From: Paraspadella gotoi
Taxonomy: Eukaryota; Animalia; Chaetognatha
Assembly: GCA_051294375.1 (NCBI GenBank)
Contig: CM119270.1
Span: 13,153,023-13,217,022 of the forward strand
Direction of reading: 5' to 3'
Length of the DNA: 64,000 nucleotides
Below, piece by piece: positions 23,660 through 38,024 of this stretch. The notes below the pieces were generated by a model. It was not told the DNA's origin. It saw only the letters and a program-made list of their open reading frames with translations, and did no database searches. Within the stretch, counting starts at the first letter, position 1, and each line of letters starts with the position of its first letter. Position numbers and translations under genes: made by a program.

Positions 23660-23821
23660 AAACCTTTCCGCGCATTCCTGCCTTCCAAACCCCTAACCAC
23701 TACTGCAACACCCCTCCCCTTCTTTCCTTTCCAAGAAAACCTCCCCGCATTCCTGCCCCTTCAGAACGGCGCCTACCGCTACTCAACACCCCCTCCCTTT
23801 CTTTTCTTTCCAGATTAACCT
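23660..23821. repeat. Two diverged copies of a 77-bp C-rich unit
   Basis: AAACCT..CGCATTCCTGCC..CTACT.CAACACCCC(C)TCCC.TTCTTT..TTTCCA at 23660 and 23737. Confidence 0.75.
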
Positions 23822-26800
23822 ATCCTCGCCATTGCCCGTGGCCCCTTCAAGATCCGCCCCTACTCCGGCCGATTCTTACGAGAGGTTATCGGCGTTGCAA
23901 ACAACCGCCCACTCTCGACTTCGACGCCTGCGCCTCGCACGAACAGAAGTTTGGTTTCTTCAGACAACCTGACCTGCCACGAGAGAGACTCCAACGAGTC
24001 GGAAGGTGTAGTTTGAGAGAGAAGAGAGAGAGAGAGAGAGAGGAGAGAGAGGAGAGAGATGAGAGTAAGAGTACCGCAGGAGAGGCGAGAGAGAGTAGAG
24101 AGAGAGAGAGAGAGACAGAGAGGAGAGAGGAGGAGAGGTGAGTGAAAGTTTATAAAGGCTTTTTTTATGACGCTCTTTACTCAAATAAATCTGTGAGTGG
24201 GAAGCAAACCCGTACTTAAATGCGCTTTTGTTCAAGTGCAGCTCCCCGGTTTAAATGGCCGCGCTTTTCGTTAATCTCATGAATGATAGCCTTTTGTTTT
24301 GCCTCCCTTCCCTGCACCTCTCCATATAAAAAAAAAGATCACTTACCGAGTCGGTCCACCTGCAGTGTGATTTTTTCGTGTTCCTATGGTAGGTTGTTGT
24401 TCCTCTCTACTATTCTAAAGGAAAATTAATGGTTGTCGCAGGGAGAATTAAATGATTGTTGGGATTTTTTCATTTTATTTATACTCTACGTTTTTCGCTC
24501 TGTTGCTTTCGGAGTAGGTCTTTTGTGAATAATAAAAAATATAGGTGGAAACGTGGAATTTAATCGCGAGTATTTTCTTTAGGAATTGTTTATTGTTAGA
24601 CTTTTGTCTGGTTTATTGGTTTTGACTGAGTATTATGTGCTAGAGCAGCTAAAATGCGGGTTTTGTTTGTAGGATGTCCGTATGTCTGAGTGTTTATTAA
24701 GTATGTTTAATTTATATTACTAGAGGAGAAAAACGAGGATAATAGATAGCTCATATAATGATTTATATAATTATTTCGCTTCTTGTTGTTTATTCCTTTT
24801 TTTTTTGTTCGCTTTGCATGTCCGTGGTAGCGTATAAGGTGTGTTGGATTCACCCTTGTGAGAGAGCCTAGAGATATCCATTGGATGTTCGCAGGATGTT
24901 TTCTTATATATAGGCTTCATCTAGCTCTTTTTCTTTTCTTTTCTTTTTATTTGTGCTCTGTTTACTTTCTTTTTTTGTGTAGTCTCTTGGGGTGTATTCT
25001 TCTTTTTGTTCTGTTTTCTTCTCTCATTCTGGCCTTTGTTTCTCTTTTCTCTTTCTGTGTCATGTGTTGTGTGGTCTGTTCGCTTCCGTCCTGTGTTTCG
25101 TTTCCTGCTTGTCTCTTGTTCTCTTCTCTCTCTCTGCTCTTCTCGCTCGTCCTTCTCTCTGTCTTCTCTCTCCTGTCTCCTTTTTTGTGTTTCATTCGTT
25201 TCGTATATCTTATTTGTAATATTCTAATATCTTCGCGGACGTTGATAAGAATTGAACTGATAAAAATATCGAAATAACCGTTTCATCTCTGTTCTCTCTC
25301 TGTCTTCTTCTTATTTTATCGTTTGTTCTGTTCTTTCTTTAATTTTTTTTTTTTTTTATTTCCACTATTTCTCTCTTCTATTTTGTTTTTTTTTTTGTTC
25401 GTTTGATATTGTTTTCTTACTATTTTCATCCCTCCGAAGTTTTTCCCCCGCCTTTTTTTTTTCAAGAAGTTAATCGACGTTTTTAACGGAAAGAGGGTCT
25501 CAGTGGGTTAATGGTGCGAAAAGTTCGCGACGAGAGCCGACGAAACGGAAGGCGACGGCGTTTGACGAAGACGACAAAAGAGTGATCAGTTCTACTACGA
25601 TGACAACGACTTAAAAGAAAAGTACAGACGATGAACAAAGAATAGGATGAACAAAAAAGGACGAGCCATTAATGGGGACGAACAACGACTTTGACTCCCC
25701 ACCGAGAATCATGGCCGTAGAGGATAAGATCCAGATTGTCTCTAATAGTAATTTGAGTCAATGAACAAAAGTCGGTGTAACTTATTTCGCAGAAGCGGGA
25801 CCGACATTATTATTCAACATGAAATGGAACCAAGAAAACGACAGTGTCACATCCGAAAAAACGACATTGTCCAAACAGTGACACCGACGGCGACCACAAC
25901 GAAAACGGCAACGGGATCGAGGCTCTGAGTGTCTCGCTCTCAAACCTGAAAAGTAAATAGAAAAAACATAAGTGAAAAATGGCGAAGAGAAAAGAACGAA
26001 TAGTGTTTTGGGGACGAAAGACTTTTAGCAGGCTTTCTTTCCTTTTCCTTCTTCTTTCCTTTCTCTTTCCTTTATCCAGCTTCTCCTTTTCTTCTTCCTT
26101 TTCTTCTTACTTTCCTTCTGCATTCTCTTTTCTTTTCCTTTTCTTTTCTTTCTTCTTTCTGTATTCCCAATGTTCTCCTTTCTTCCCTTCTTGTCTTATT
26201 TCAGAGTTTCTCCTTTTCTTGTTATCTTTTCTTCTTTCCTTTATTTTTGCGTCTATCCTTTTCTTTCTTATTTTCTTTTCTTTTTCCCAATTCCTCGCTC
26301 TTTATTATTATCACCATCTTTCTTCTTTGGTCTCCATAGTTTTTCTCTCACCGTGCTTTTTTTTCTACCTCCGTTTCTGTTTTTATCTTCCTACTCTATT
26401 TCGTGTTTTCCCTTTGTTTTCCTTTTTTTCTCTGTCCAAAACCATTCATTTTTCCTTTTTACTCCATTTTTCTTTTGTGGTTTTCTCTTTAAACGTTATT
26501 TTTCCTCTCTACAACGTAATATAGTTTCGTTGGAGATGCTACCCCTAATTTTCGGCGTTTCTGACTTTTTTTAAACTTTGCTTCTTTGTCTCTCTCTCTC
26601 TCTCTCTTCCTTTCTCCGTCAGTTCTCTCTCTTCTCTCTCTCTCGTCTCTCTCTCTCTCTCTCTCTCTTCTCCCTCTCTCTCTCCTTCTCTCTCTCTCTC
26701 TCTGGCCGACGCAAACGCCTCAAAAACAGATGGAATTAAACCATCCAAAACAAAAACAGAAACAACCGGTCTTTTTCCTTCCGGAATCGGGCCGTCCGAC

Positions 26801-28769
26801 CACCAACGCCTTCTTTTCCCGTCGTCCCACAAATCAAAACCGCGCCGCACTCTCCGGAAAATCGAAAAAAAAATGGCGGCGTCAATAAAACAACACTCAC
26901 TGGCGATGGAAGACTGAAAAGACGACGACGAGACACGACGAACCACTCAGTTTCACGCACGGGCACGACACGAAACTCTTAAAAATCACAAATATCAGTA
27001 AAACTCTAAAACGCCGACGACAACGCTGCACAACAACATACCACACAGGCCACGTTAATCTCCCCAGCTCTCCATCACTCCCCCACTCTTCTGTCGTCTA
27101 CTCCTCCATCCACCACTCTCACCACTCACCCACTCCACCCACTGCAAGCCACTCCACAACCACCAAAGCCACAACACGCTTCCCAAAATGACATCTCAGC
27201 AGACCGCACTCGACTCAACCAACTCCACACCCAACTCGTTTACCAACTTAAACCACACACCAAATACCCCCAAACGTGGACGAATGCTCCGACGCGCGCC
27301 CCGATTCCGCCTCTTAGAGATCTTTCCACATTTATCTGTGGCATTGTGTCTACCATTGGCCCGTCCTCTCTCTCTCTCTCTCCCCTCTTCTCTCCTTTTC
27401 TTTCTTTCTGCTCTTCTTCTCTCTCTTTCTCCTCTTTCTTTATTCTTTCTTTTCTTCTCTAACGTTATAATTCCTGATTTCTTGGCAGAAAGCCTTTATA
27501 AAATATTGTTGTTTGATATTGTTTTTTATTTTAGTATCCAACTCGACACTTGAATTCGGAAATTTCGTAGAGCGAAACTGGAAAAAGTATATTCCATATA
27601 TAATAAAGAAAGAGAAAAAATACACAAGTAACGCTTCGAACGACGAATGACAAAGGCAATGACAGAATTTAAACAAAAACGAAATGAATCGTCTGAAACA
27701 CCGACGACACAAGGCGACTCTTTTTTTGTTGTTGTTGTTGTGGCGAGAGTCAGAAACATAATTGACCGAATTGGATTAGGACTCGGAAAGGAATTTGCAG
27801 GGAGAATTTTGCCGCGGAAGACGAAAGCAGACCGAGAGAGAGAGGAGAGCAGAGGAGAGCAGAGAGAGAGAGAGAGAGAGAGAGAGACCGCAAGAGAGCA
27901 GACGCAGACGACGCACGACGAGGCTTATACAGTTTTTAGGTTCAAAAATTGGAGATCAATGTCTGAATACCGAAAAACGAGGAGAGCGCCGGCGAGGACG
28001 CGAAAGCGTTTTGCGGAGATGGAGTTTCGGGCATAGCGGGTAAAGGGATAGTGAGGGTTAAGGCTTAGCGCTCTAAAGCTTTAAGGCTTAAGCTTAGGGT
28101 GGCGTCGACACGCGAAGACGTCTTCCGAAAAGATTTTCTTCATGGTGAACTAGTACAAACTCTTTTAAATCGGCGATTGAGGTTCTGGCGGAAATCGCGT
28201 TTGGTTTCAAAGGATTTCATTGATTAAATCTTGATTTGACCGTATGGACGGCAGCTTTTTTAAAAATGTTCTTGGCAAAAATGCAGTCTGGATTTTTACT
28301 ATATTCCTTTTTATTCTTTTTTTTTTTCTCCGTTTCTGGTTTTTTTAGATGAAAAAACACCAAATTTTACTGCCACTCGAATACAGACATTTTTGTACTT
28401 TGAAATTTACACTAAGAATAAAAAGAAATTAGATAACTAAAAATCAAAAATACAAAAAAAAAAATTCCAATTCAAACACACAATGAAAGCGGGAGAAGTT
28501 TGTCGCGAAAAACCTACGGTTTTATCGCGCGAATAGAATTCTTTAAAGAAAAAAAGGAAAATAATTTTTAAAAACCATTGATACGCAGGTAGTTTTGAGA
28601 CAATAATAGTTTTGCAAATACAATATAAGGATTTCCGTTAACATGTCGACCAAAAAGAATAATGTGTCAGCGCCAATCATCGTTAATGATGTCCAATGCT
28701 TGTTTAAGATCTAGAATCTTGAATAAAACTTCATTGTAATTTTAAAAGTGAACATTCTAGTATGACGAT

Positions 28770-29020
28770 AAGGCCGCTACAGTGCGCGTGAACCGCATGA
28801 CTCTAGCGTGAACGGTCGCTGGTCTGGAAAGCCTCTGAGGTTCTTTACGCCAATGCGACTTGCGCTCATCAAACCGCTCACAGTACGGTAGGTACCACCG
28901 GGCGAGATTGAACCGGTAGCGCTAGTGGTCATCGAGCTGGTTTTAACTCAACTGACGCCCACCGAGTCACGACGAAGTGTCATGCTTAAGCGGGGGTGAA
29001 CTTCATGCATGCCCGACTAC
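28770..29020 (-). mobile_element. Longer relative of the 46.5-kb TIR/tRNA-head element (one TIR, tRNA-like head, SINE-like body)
   Basis: The reverse complement reads GTAGTCGGGCATGCATGAAGTTCACCCCCGCTTAAG-CATGAC..GACTCGGTGGGCGTCAGTTGAGT..CAGCTCGATGACCACTAG..CCGGTTCAATCTCG, collinear with 46509-46625. About 130 bp of extra GC-rich body follows. A second TIR was not found. Confidence 0.75.
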
Positions 29021-30286
29021 TACTTTATATTACACAAAAAAAACGCACTTACGTCCGCAATAACGTCACCTAAAGCGAAGCTTGTGACGTCCGCTGTGAC
29101 CGCATTCAACTCGTGTCAGCGAAATATACAACAGTCGCTCACGAATCGACCTTCTGACGTTTCTTCACGGCAGACGAATACCTCAGAAGCCAATTAAGCT
29201 CAACGAAGCAGATACAGCCTTCTCTCTTGCTCTCTCTCTTTTCGATTTTTCTCTCTCTCTCTCTTTTCTCTCCTTTCTTTTCTCTCTCTCCTCGGAAAAT
29301 ATATCGGAGAAATCATATCAGGATAATCAAGTTGGCGACGACGAACGACAAATGCCGACGACGAGACAGCCGACCGGACGATGACGGGAAAGCGACTGAC
29401 ATCCGGTGACATGTTCTGTCTGCTGGGAAATTGGGGGGGGGGGAGGGAAGAGGGAGGGAGGTAGTTTGGGTAGAGAAAGGAGGAAGAGAGGAAAAAAGCG
29501 GAGAGAAGACAAGAAATAAAAGCGGATTAATTGTAGGAATAAAATACGATGCTAACAATACTTTAGGTTTTGGGACAACATAATTAAAAAGCTATCTAGT
29601 CAGAATGGAAAATCAGAACGTGTCAATGATGGTTTACGCGATAATATGTATAATGAAGACTTGCTTCTTTATAAATTCGTCGTAATTAATCGACAGGGTG
29701 TTCATTTTCACACATTAGGTAATATTCATATTCTCACATTATCATTATTCATTTAATCATAAAAGTTTCCGAGTTGCGAAATTTCTGTCGAAATCGAAAT
29801 ACCACCATGTGCTTTCCATAAAGAGAGAAGGTGTAGTGTGTCGACTTCCGAGTCTAGAGTAAAAAATATGTAAATCGTAAATAATGTAAAAAGAGATCTA
29901 ACTTCTAAAAACGAAGCAGAAGGCAAATGTAGAGCGAGCATGCTTAATTCCAGCGTTCAATTACTTGATGCGTGATTTCTTATTCTTTATTTTTTTTGGG
30001 GCTCAACTCATTTCTTCCCCTTTTCTCTATTTCTTCCCTTCTCTTTTCTTCTGGATCATTTCAGCTCCGAAAATGATGAATTGAGACAGCCGACACTTTT
30101 AGAATAATGTTTCTGTTTTTCTAAAATTCTAAGAATATTTTTTCTTACGGATTGTAGAACAGACAGACAGACAGGTTCACAGAAAAAACGTCCTCATACA
30201 TACGTTTCCAATGGGCGTATATAAAAGCGCGCGAGCGGAATAAAAAAGGCCGAAGAAGAAAAAAAGCGCCCATGAGAGTGAAGAGA

Positions 30287-30338
<52 letters not shown>

Positions 30339-30797
30339 AGAGAGAGAGAGAAAGAGAGAGGAGATATGAGAGAGATATGAGAAGGAAGAGAAGAGGTATG
30401 CTGTAGTCGCAGGCCCTTTGATTTTGGTTATTTGATCGTGATGCCATGTGTTTAGCGGTGATCCTTGTTCCTTTGATTTTTGAATCGGCGCAAAATGGAT
30501 CATAAAAGAAGTTGAAAGCTTTTTTTTTGGGCAGACGTCACCGACGCTTTCATTCGCCCACCACCCTTCCCTCCCCCATGGCCTACTCACGCCCGTCGTC
30601 TTCTAAAAAAAAAATGAACCCGACTTTTCCTTTCTTCGTTTTTTTTTATTTTCTTTCTTTCTCTCGTCTTTCTTTCATTTCTTTTTACATTACGACCCAT
30701 GCGTTTCGATTTTGTCATTTTGAATAGAAAAAAAAAAAGCCATAATCTTTTGAGATTTTTTACACACCCCTTTTTCTTTCCTTCCGCATGAAATGGT

Positions 30798-30830
<33 letters not shown>

Positions 30831-31642
30831 AGATTTAGTTTTGCAATGATGCGATTAAACGAAGATAAGGCGGACTCATGCGCGGCGGAAAAAGAATATC
30901 AAATTCTTTCTTTTGTGATTTCCAATTGTTATCGAACAAAAAAAAATCGAAAAAATAAATACAGGGTGCCTAAGAAAAAAATAGGCTATCAAGGCACTGG
31001 AAATTAATCGTGCGAATAAAACTTGTTAGTACCAATTTTTTAAATTGGAAACAAAATGTTAAAATTCGCCGAATGAGAAAAAAATTGAATTAATTTTTTA
31101 ATTTATGAATATATGATAAAAAAAACATTTGCTTAAATAACAAAATTTTGCTGAAAAATTAATTTTCTTTTTTTTTCAAAAATTTTGAATTTTTGGATCT
31201 TCCAAATTCCGTTAAATTATAAATTTAAATTCAAATTAAATTAAGTTGGAATGTAAGAAACCTTAAATTTGGAGCCAAAAAAACTTTAACGAGAAAAAAC
31301 AGATTTCGAATAATTGAAACTATGTTTCAACATACACATTAATTGATATATGATAACATATAATGATTAAAGCACAAAAAAAATAAATCTGGCCGAGAAG
31401 ACAAAATTATAACTAGGATAGTAAAAAATACATAAAATTATTTTATAAAGATGGTGAGGTGGTAAGAGGAATAAAGATAGAAGGAAAGTAAAAGAAAGAG
31501 ACAGGAAAAAGAGGAAGGTAAGAAAATTAAGAAAAACTCTTTGGAGGAGAAAAGCAATCAAAAATGAATCGAGTGAAGGGAAGACATCTTATGAGGAATC
31601 AATCAAGAAACCAAAGAAGAGAAATGGAGAGAGAGAGAGAGA

Positions 31643-31680
<38 letters not shown>

Positions 31681-33096
31681 AGAGAGTTGGCCGATAGGGA
31701 GTGAAAGAAGGTAAAGAATATAAAGCGCAAAAAAGTAGATCGTTTGACCGCGTCTTAAGACTGTTCATAAAAGGGAAAGCAATAAACGAAATGACTTTTA
31801 TGCAAAAAATGAACCTGAAAAAAATAAAAAAGAATGATAGAAACAAACGGATAAGCTAATAATCACTTGGGGCCAAAGGGTGACCGAAAAAATGAAAAGA
31901 AATGAATAAAAAAAATCAAAGAGTTAAAAAAAAAATGCAATTGCCTGAGAGGAGAAGAAAATGATCCTAAAACGGAGAAAAGGAGAATCAAGTAAAGAGA
32001 AAAAAAAAAGAAAAAAGAAATCGGATGAATTAAAATAAAGATTATGAATAATTAATAAAATATTAAAAAGAGTGAAAAAAAAGCGTAAGTGGGAAGTGCT
32101 TTTTAAAAGCCAAACGTAAAAAATCATGGGATGTCTAAAAAAATTATAAAATATCTAGAGAACCTAAGATCTGAACAATAATCTATATCAACTTTAGCGT
32201 GCACTCCCAAACAAAACTCTCATCAACTGGTTAGTAAAGAACTGGAAGAAAAAAAAGACGATAATTCGAAATCGGAAAGAAAATGGAGGAAACAGAATAA
32301 GACAGGACGAAGAAAAGAAAGAAACAGATAGGAAACAAAAAACACGCGGCGGCAGGTAAGAAAATAAGAGAACGAAGAGTGACCCAAGCACCGAAGAGAG
32401 CAGAAGGAAGTATAAGGAAATATAAAAAAAGATTATGACTTCAAGAGAAAACTAAGAAAAGACCAAGTTCGGCTTGAGGAAGCGACGATGTGACTCCGAC
32501 TGAACAGGAATATAAGGGAGATAAAGACGAGAGAGAGAGAGAGGAGAGACGAGAGAACGAGAGAGACGAGAGCAGAGAACACTGCAAATAGAAAAGAGGA
32601 GACGGTTAGAGTCGTGCCGAAATGTGAGGAAAGATCGAGGTAAAAAAAATTGGCGCGCCGAAGAAAAATGAAACTGATTTTTTTTCTCCTCCGAGTTTCC
32701 CGCCAAAATGTGTGACTAAGAACAATGATAAAGATGATCTTCTTTGGACCGCGGATGCAAAGACAGTGGGATAAATGATATGTGAAACCGAGGAGAAAAT
32801 TCCTAACAATAGATATACAGAACGTCGAACAATAAAAACACCTATCTATTCGTTTAACCTGACAGTAAGATATTTTTGTAATCCTCTACTTGTCACATTG
32901 TATCTTGGTTTCAAAATCACGAAGTCCATTACACGTCAACAGTTTACCTTGAAAGAAAGTGAGGTTTTAACTCAGAAGCCGAAACATTTTCCCTCACACA
33001 CCATATGCCTTTCCTCATAAATCACTTTTTAACTTTAACCAGAAAGAAGAGACTCAAGACCTCGACAATGGAGAGAGAGACGAGAGAGCAGAGCAG

Positions 33097-33128
<32 letters not shown>

Positions 33129-34072
33129 CGACGCGATGAGAGAGAGAGAGAGAGAGAAAGGAGCAGAATTCGAGAGGTGGACGGTTCCATTTCTGGCTGA
33201 CATATTTTACGCCCCATTTAGATCCAATCCTGCGCCGTAGGGCAAAAAAAAATTCTACATTGGAAACTTTTTTTGGCAAAGACGTTTTTTTTTTGCTCGA
33301 ATCGGTTTTTGGCGTCGCAAAAAAAAAATTGATCCTGTTGGCAAAAAACAGGCAGTTTTTTTTGTTTGTGTTGAACAATAACAAAAATTGTCCGCGATGA
33401 GGAGGGCGTTCCAACAAAATAAAAGCATCAACTCTTCAGGCTCAGGCTCACAGAATTTGAAAAAGTTATTTTTAAATAAGAAGTACGAAAGACTAATTAC
33501 GAAATGGCATTGCCATCTGTTCATTCTTCAAAGCCATCTTAAGTGAGATTTAGGCTCTGAAGAATTGCTAACTTAATATTAACAGACAGGGAAAATGATT
33601 ATACTATAGCATTTTATTAATTCTCCAGCGCTCATGATAAGCGAGGTCTGGTCGACTTCTTTAGGAATAAATTATTGAAAAAACATATTGCGATGAATAA
33701 TGAAACTCGAAGTAAGAAGATACACCACATTGTCTCTACTTCGTGCTAATATAATTTTCCAGACTCTTTGAGGAAAAAAATCGTTTTATCGTCTAAGCTT
33801 CTAGTCTTCCCGCACAAATATCAATTTCGGTAATTCAGACTCAAAACAATTAAAAAAAATAAAAAGAAAATGGGAAAACCCCTTACTCTTCGATTTTCCG
33901 GCAATTAAGGTCGCGAGAAGCCACCGCCGCAATTGCCGGGAATTGAAGGGAATTGCCGGAATTGCCGGAAGATACCAGAGGCCCATAAAGATCCGGGAGA
34001 ACGAACTGGAAATCTAGCCGGACCGAATGAAAATCAGATGTGCATTGAAACACACGGGAAAAAAGCGAGAGA

Positions 34073-34160
<88 letters not shown>

Positions 34161-34338
34161 TGAAGTGAGAGCAAAGTAGAGAAAGAAGCGAGAAGGAAAA
34201 ATCCTTAGAGGAATTGACCGAGAATAGAACGAGAGAGGAGAGAACGAGAGGATGGAGAGAGGGGAGTCGAGAAAAAGTGAGAGAGAGAAAGCAGAGATAT
34301 CTGGGACTCTTTANNNNNNNNNNNNNNNNNNNNNNNNN

Positions 34339-34369
34339 AGAGAGAGAGGAGAAGGGAGAGAGAGAGGAG

Positions 34370-34459
<90 letters not shown>

Positions 34460-34568
34460 AGAGAGCAAAGTTTGAAACAAAAGGAAACCGAAATTATGTA
34501 GCATCTCCAACCGAAATCTTATTCTGCATTACTTTGTAGAGAGGAAAAAAAGGAAAGGAAATGGGAGA

Positions 34569-34601
<33 letters not shown>

Positions 34602-37600
34602 CAGAGGAGAGAGACGAGATGAGAGAGAGAGGAGAGAGAAGAAGACGAAGTCATAGCAAGTTTCCTTCTTCTCCTTTTCTGATTTGACAAAGAAAAAATA
34701 AAGGAAAATAATCTAGAGAATAATGAAAAACAAGTGAACTTGTTTACATTAAAGTCTAACTAATGAAATTAAAATAAATAACCGGAACAGGTGATTTCCC
34801 AATGTGATTATCCCAATTGTGTTGCGCCGCTGGTGACTAGTATCTATTTTTACGTGTATTTCCCTTTGATCACGTGATATGACAGGTAATGGACAATGAC
34901 ATGAAGTAAATAGTTTCCTATCCTTGCTATTCTATCTACATGCCACGCATAAAAATTCTTGTCTTTATTCTTATAGTTTTAGAATTTTTCTGAAGGGCCG
35001 GCCGCTAGCATTCCCTTAGATTTAAGGTTTTTTTCCTGTCTTAACAAGATGAGCAACCAATTATATGCATTTTTAAGTAAGTGCTTTACAGATCGACGGA
35101 ACAGACATATCGACGACAGACCAGCAGGACCCGACGAAACGAACCGAAAAGTGATGTAGAGTTGCTCCGCGAGGACTCGCGGCGCACTAAAAACCAATTA
35201 GAAAAATACGCAAGCTTCCGGTGACTTCTCCTCTCCTACTCCGCTACTTATAACAAATAATAATACAACGAAGGAAGTAGACGAGGCACAGTGACGAAAG
35301 TTCCATGATCAAAAACCGTAATCCTGCGTTTGATATATTAGCGCCATTAACAGACACGAAACAGACAACGTACCTTGTGCTATTTTTACATTTCTTTATA
35401 TAATTTAACTTACTTTATTCCTTCCCTACGTCCGATAGTAAGTTAAGGTTTTTGTTTTTCCCCATTCCCAACTTAACGTTTCGAGCTTAATCGCTTCTGC
35501 CCAAAAGATTCTCACTCACTCGAGGGAAACCCGCTTTACATATGATTCTACTTCATGTGGCTCTGTCTCAGTTCCTTGCCTCCCTTTGATTCCGTTTCCT
35601 TTACTTCCTTTCTCTTTTTCTATCGATTGAATTTCCATTTCTTTCAACGATGATTCGATCATCGTTCTACAGTCAATCACAGCCCTCCGTTTCCTTCCTT
35701 TCCTTCGACTTCTTTCCCTAACTTCGCTTTCCTCCTTCCTTCCTTCCTATCCTTCTCTTCCTTTCCATCTTTCTTTCCTCCCTTCCTTTCCTCCACTTTT
35801 TCCCTGACAGCCTTAAGTCTGCAAAGTCAAGGAAAGGCGGGAGCTACGTTGACATTCGTCCGAGTAAATAATAATTAGGGGCAAATGATAAATAAAGAAA
35901 ACTAATGGGAAAATGCACACTGGATGTGCGAGAACCAAGAGAGATGAGATGAGATTTGAGCATCGAGTGACATGGAGGAATGAGTGATGAAGATTGAGAG
36001 ATGAGAGTGAGATCTAGGAGAGAGCATGATGAATGAGAGAGTGAGAGAGAAAGGAGTAGAAATCACGAAAGGACAAACCGTGCAAGATATTATTTCCTTG
36101 AAGTTTCCACTAAGTTATCATTTCTCGAGCGTTAGACAGTAAAGACACGGAAAGAAAAGACAGGATGTTTGTCGAAGTATTGTCAAAGTGAAAATATACG
36201 TTGCTGATGTCACGCTCGTTGGATTGGACCGTCCCTAGCGATCTTGACTGATTACTTCTCTACTATTCTTCTGTTTCCGCCCCGTCTATTTTGTTTACGT
36301 TGTTTTTGTTTTGTTATAAGTTTTACTTGTATTTCCCTTATTTTTCAACAGTTTTTTTTTTATAGATATTCAGTATATAATTGCGAGTAAATGCATAATA
36401 TAAGTCTAATCAATGAATTAAGTTAATGACTATACAGCTTGAAAATCCTTTCTGTCGTTTTGCCTCGTGGTCTCTCTAAGGTGTCCTCGCACTAGTTTTT
36501 TACATCGAATGGATTCGGCCTGATGTGTGATGACTCAGACTGATATAAGCTGGTATTGATCCCTGCCCATATAGCTTTTTCGATATACATTAATGCATAC
36601 TCTTAAATAGAGAGAGGAGGATGAAAAATAACCACGAGCGACTGCGAAACGTGTGGGTAGGACTAACAAGGAAAGCGTACTCTCGTGGGTGAGCGAGACC
36701 GGACTAAAGAGAGAGATGACTGGAGAGAGAGAGAGAGAGAGAGGCCGTGGAGAGAGGAGAAGAGAGAGAGAGAAGAGAGAGAGAGAGAGCAGCGGTTGAG
36801 ACGAAGAAGAGTAGAAGAGATCTGTCGGCAAGTACTGGAAACAAGAAGGGCCGCGGACATAAACGTCCGCATCCGGAAGTCTCCATCAAACGCTTTTTTC
36901 CGTCGTCAGCGAATTAATCGCCTGGACGCGGATTTCATTCTTGAGATTTCCGCGCCAAATCGAATTTTGATCGATTTTTTTTTTCAGATTTACAAAAAAA
37001 AAAAAAAAAAAAAAGATCCGGGTTCAAGATAAAAATTAAAGGAAAACTTGAGATGGGGTGGATGTAAGCCATTAGTAATTAATAATATCTGTATTATTAC
37101 TATATACAATACCCTAAAGCTATAATAAAATTTTCATGTTTAATTGATTTTGATTAATTGAGTTCAAAAATTGCGATTGTATTCCACGATTATTCCGCGG
37201 ACTAGAAGAATAAAAGTTAAATCGATCGTCGGGAGCGCGAATTAGAAAAAAAACGGTAAAGAGGCGTGCGGACGGAACCGGAAAGGGGCGTGGCGCTCGT
37301 ATAGAAAACGGTCAGTGGACAGCGGTTTAGTCATTTGTTCAACGACAATCGGGAATTTGAAGGGAATTTCGCGATGATGGCTGTCTCCACTTGACGTCCA
37401 AGTGAAAAAAAAAAAGGGAATTCTTCGATCGCTGTCCATCCCTATATTATCTTTTATTTTTTTTTCTATAAACGATGCACTTCTGAAAATTGTATATTTG
37501 TTACATTTGTTAGTTTACATTGGTATTAAATTTTTTCACGGAACGCTCTTAAGGATACGTGGTCGATTAATAACAAAGAAAATAGATAAATAGAAAATAA

Positions 37601-37657
37601 TTGATATAAAAACTGACTATTTTAAAACAGGGCATCGATTAATTCGTAATCATCGAA
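34339..37657 (+). repeat. ~3.2-kb direct duplication, copy A (noisy; copy B 42430-45405)
   Basis: Collinear from AAAGGAAACCGAAA..GCATCTCCAACCGAAATCTTATTCTG to TTTAAAACAG(G)GCATCGAT. Differences are mostly 1-nt insertions in copy A, which starts at a 25-N gap. Confidence 0.95.
34771..35193 (-). mobile_element. HINE family B element, noisy copy inside duplication A
   Basis: Same structure as 42853-43250. Confidence 0.75.
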
Positions 37658-37877
37658 CGCTCTCTCCCTCATCGACCGACAACTGCTTCGGTACTCCTGA
37701 TTGTTCGTTAGGTGCAATCGCTCAGCGAACAAACCAAGCAACTAAGAATCGCGTCTCGTAGACAATTACCCCGTTTAGCATTCAAGCGAATAATCAACTA
37801 TGGGACCGGACCGGACCGAACCGGACCCGACTATGGGAAGTTTAAGAGAAGAGAACTTTTGATAGTATAAAGCTTGT

Positions 37878-38024
37878 TACACGAACGCCTTTGAACGTGG
37901 TGTTATAAAAAATTGCCTTGATTTTGGTCAAAGTAAAAAATCTGTCGGCTCGAAAGTCTATCGGGTGGCGGCAGAGACGACATGCGGCGAACCTGTCCAG
38001 TGTCCACTGAGCAATGCTCAGTGA
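37878..38024 (+). CDS. Possible terminal coding fragment with a motif resembling the DHHC palmitoyltransferase C-terminal PaCCT
   Basis: Open frame YTNAFERGVIKNCLDFGQSKK...AQ* resembles NPFDRGxxxNxxxF. No DHHC-CRD found upstream. Confidence 0.2.
   Translation, partial: YTNAFERGVIKNCLDFGQSKKSVGSKVYRVAAETTCGEPVQCPLSNAQ

Noticed and set aside
25500-25930. Peptide-like fragments on the plus strand (also 6969-7199, 12326-12430, 26703-26915, 56950-57212, 62590-62787)
   Set aside because: Frames are broken by stops, there is no consistent splice structure and no recognisable motif; they may be noisy exons but cannot be supported.
30960-30975. TA-CAGGGTG mariner-like left end (also CACCCGGTA at 60404)
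   Set aside because: No matching partner TIR found in the window.
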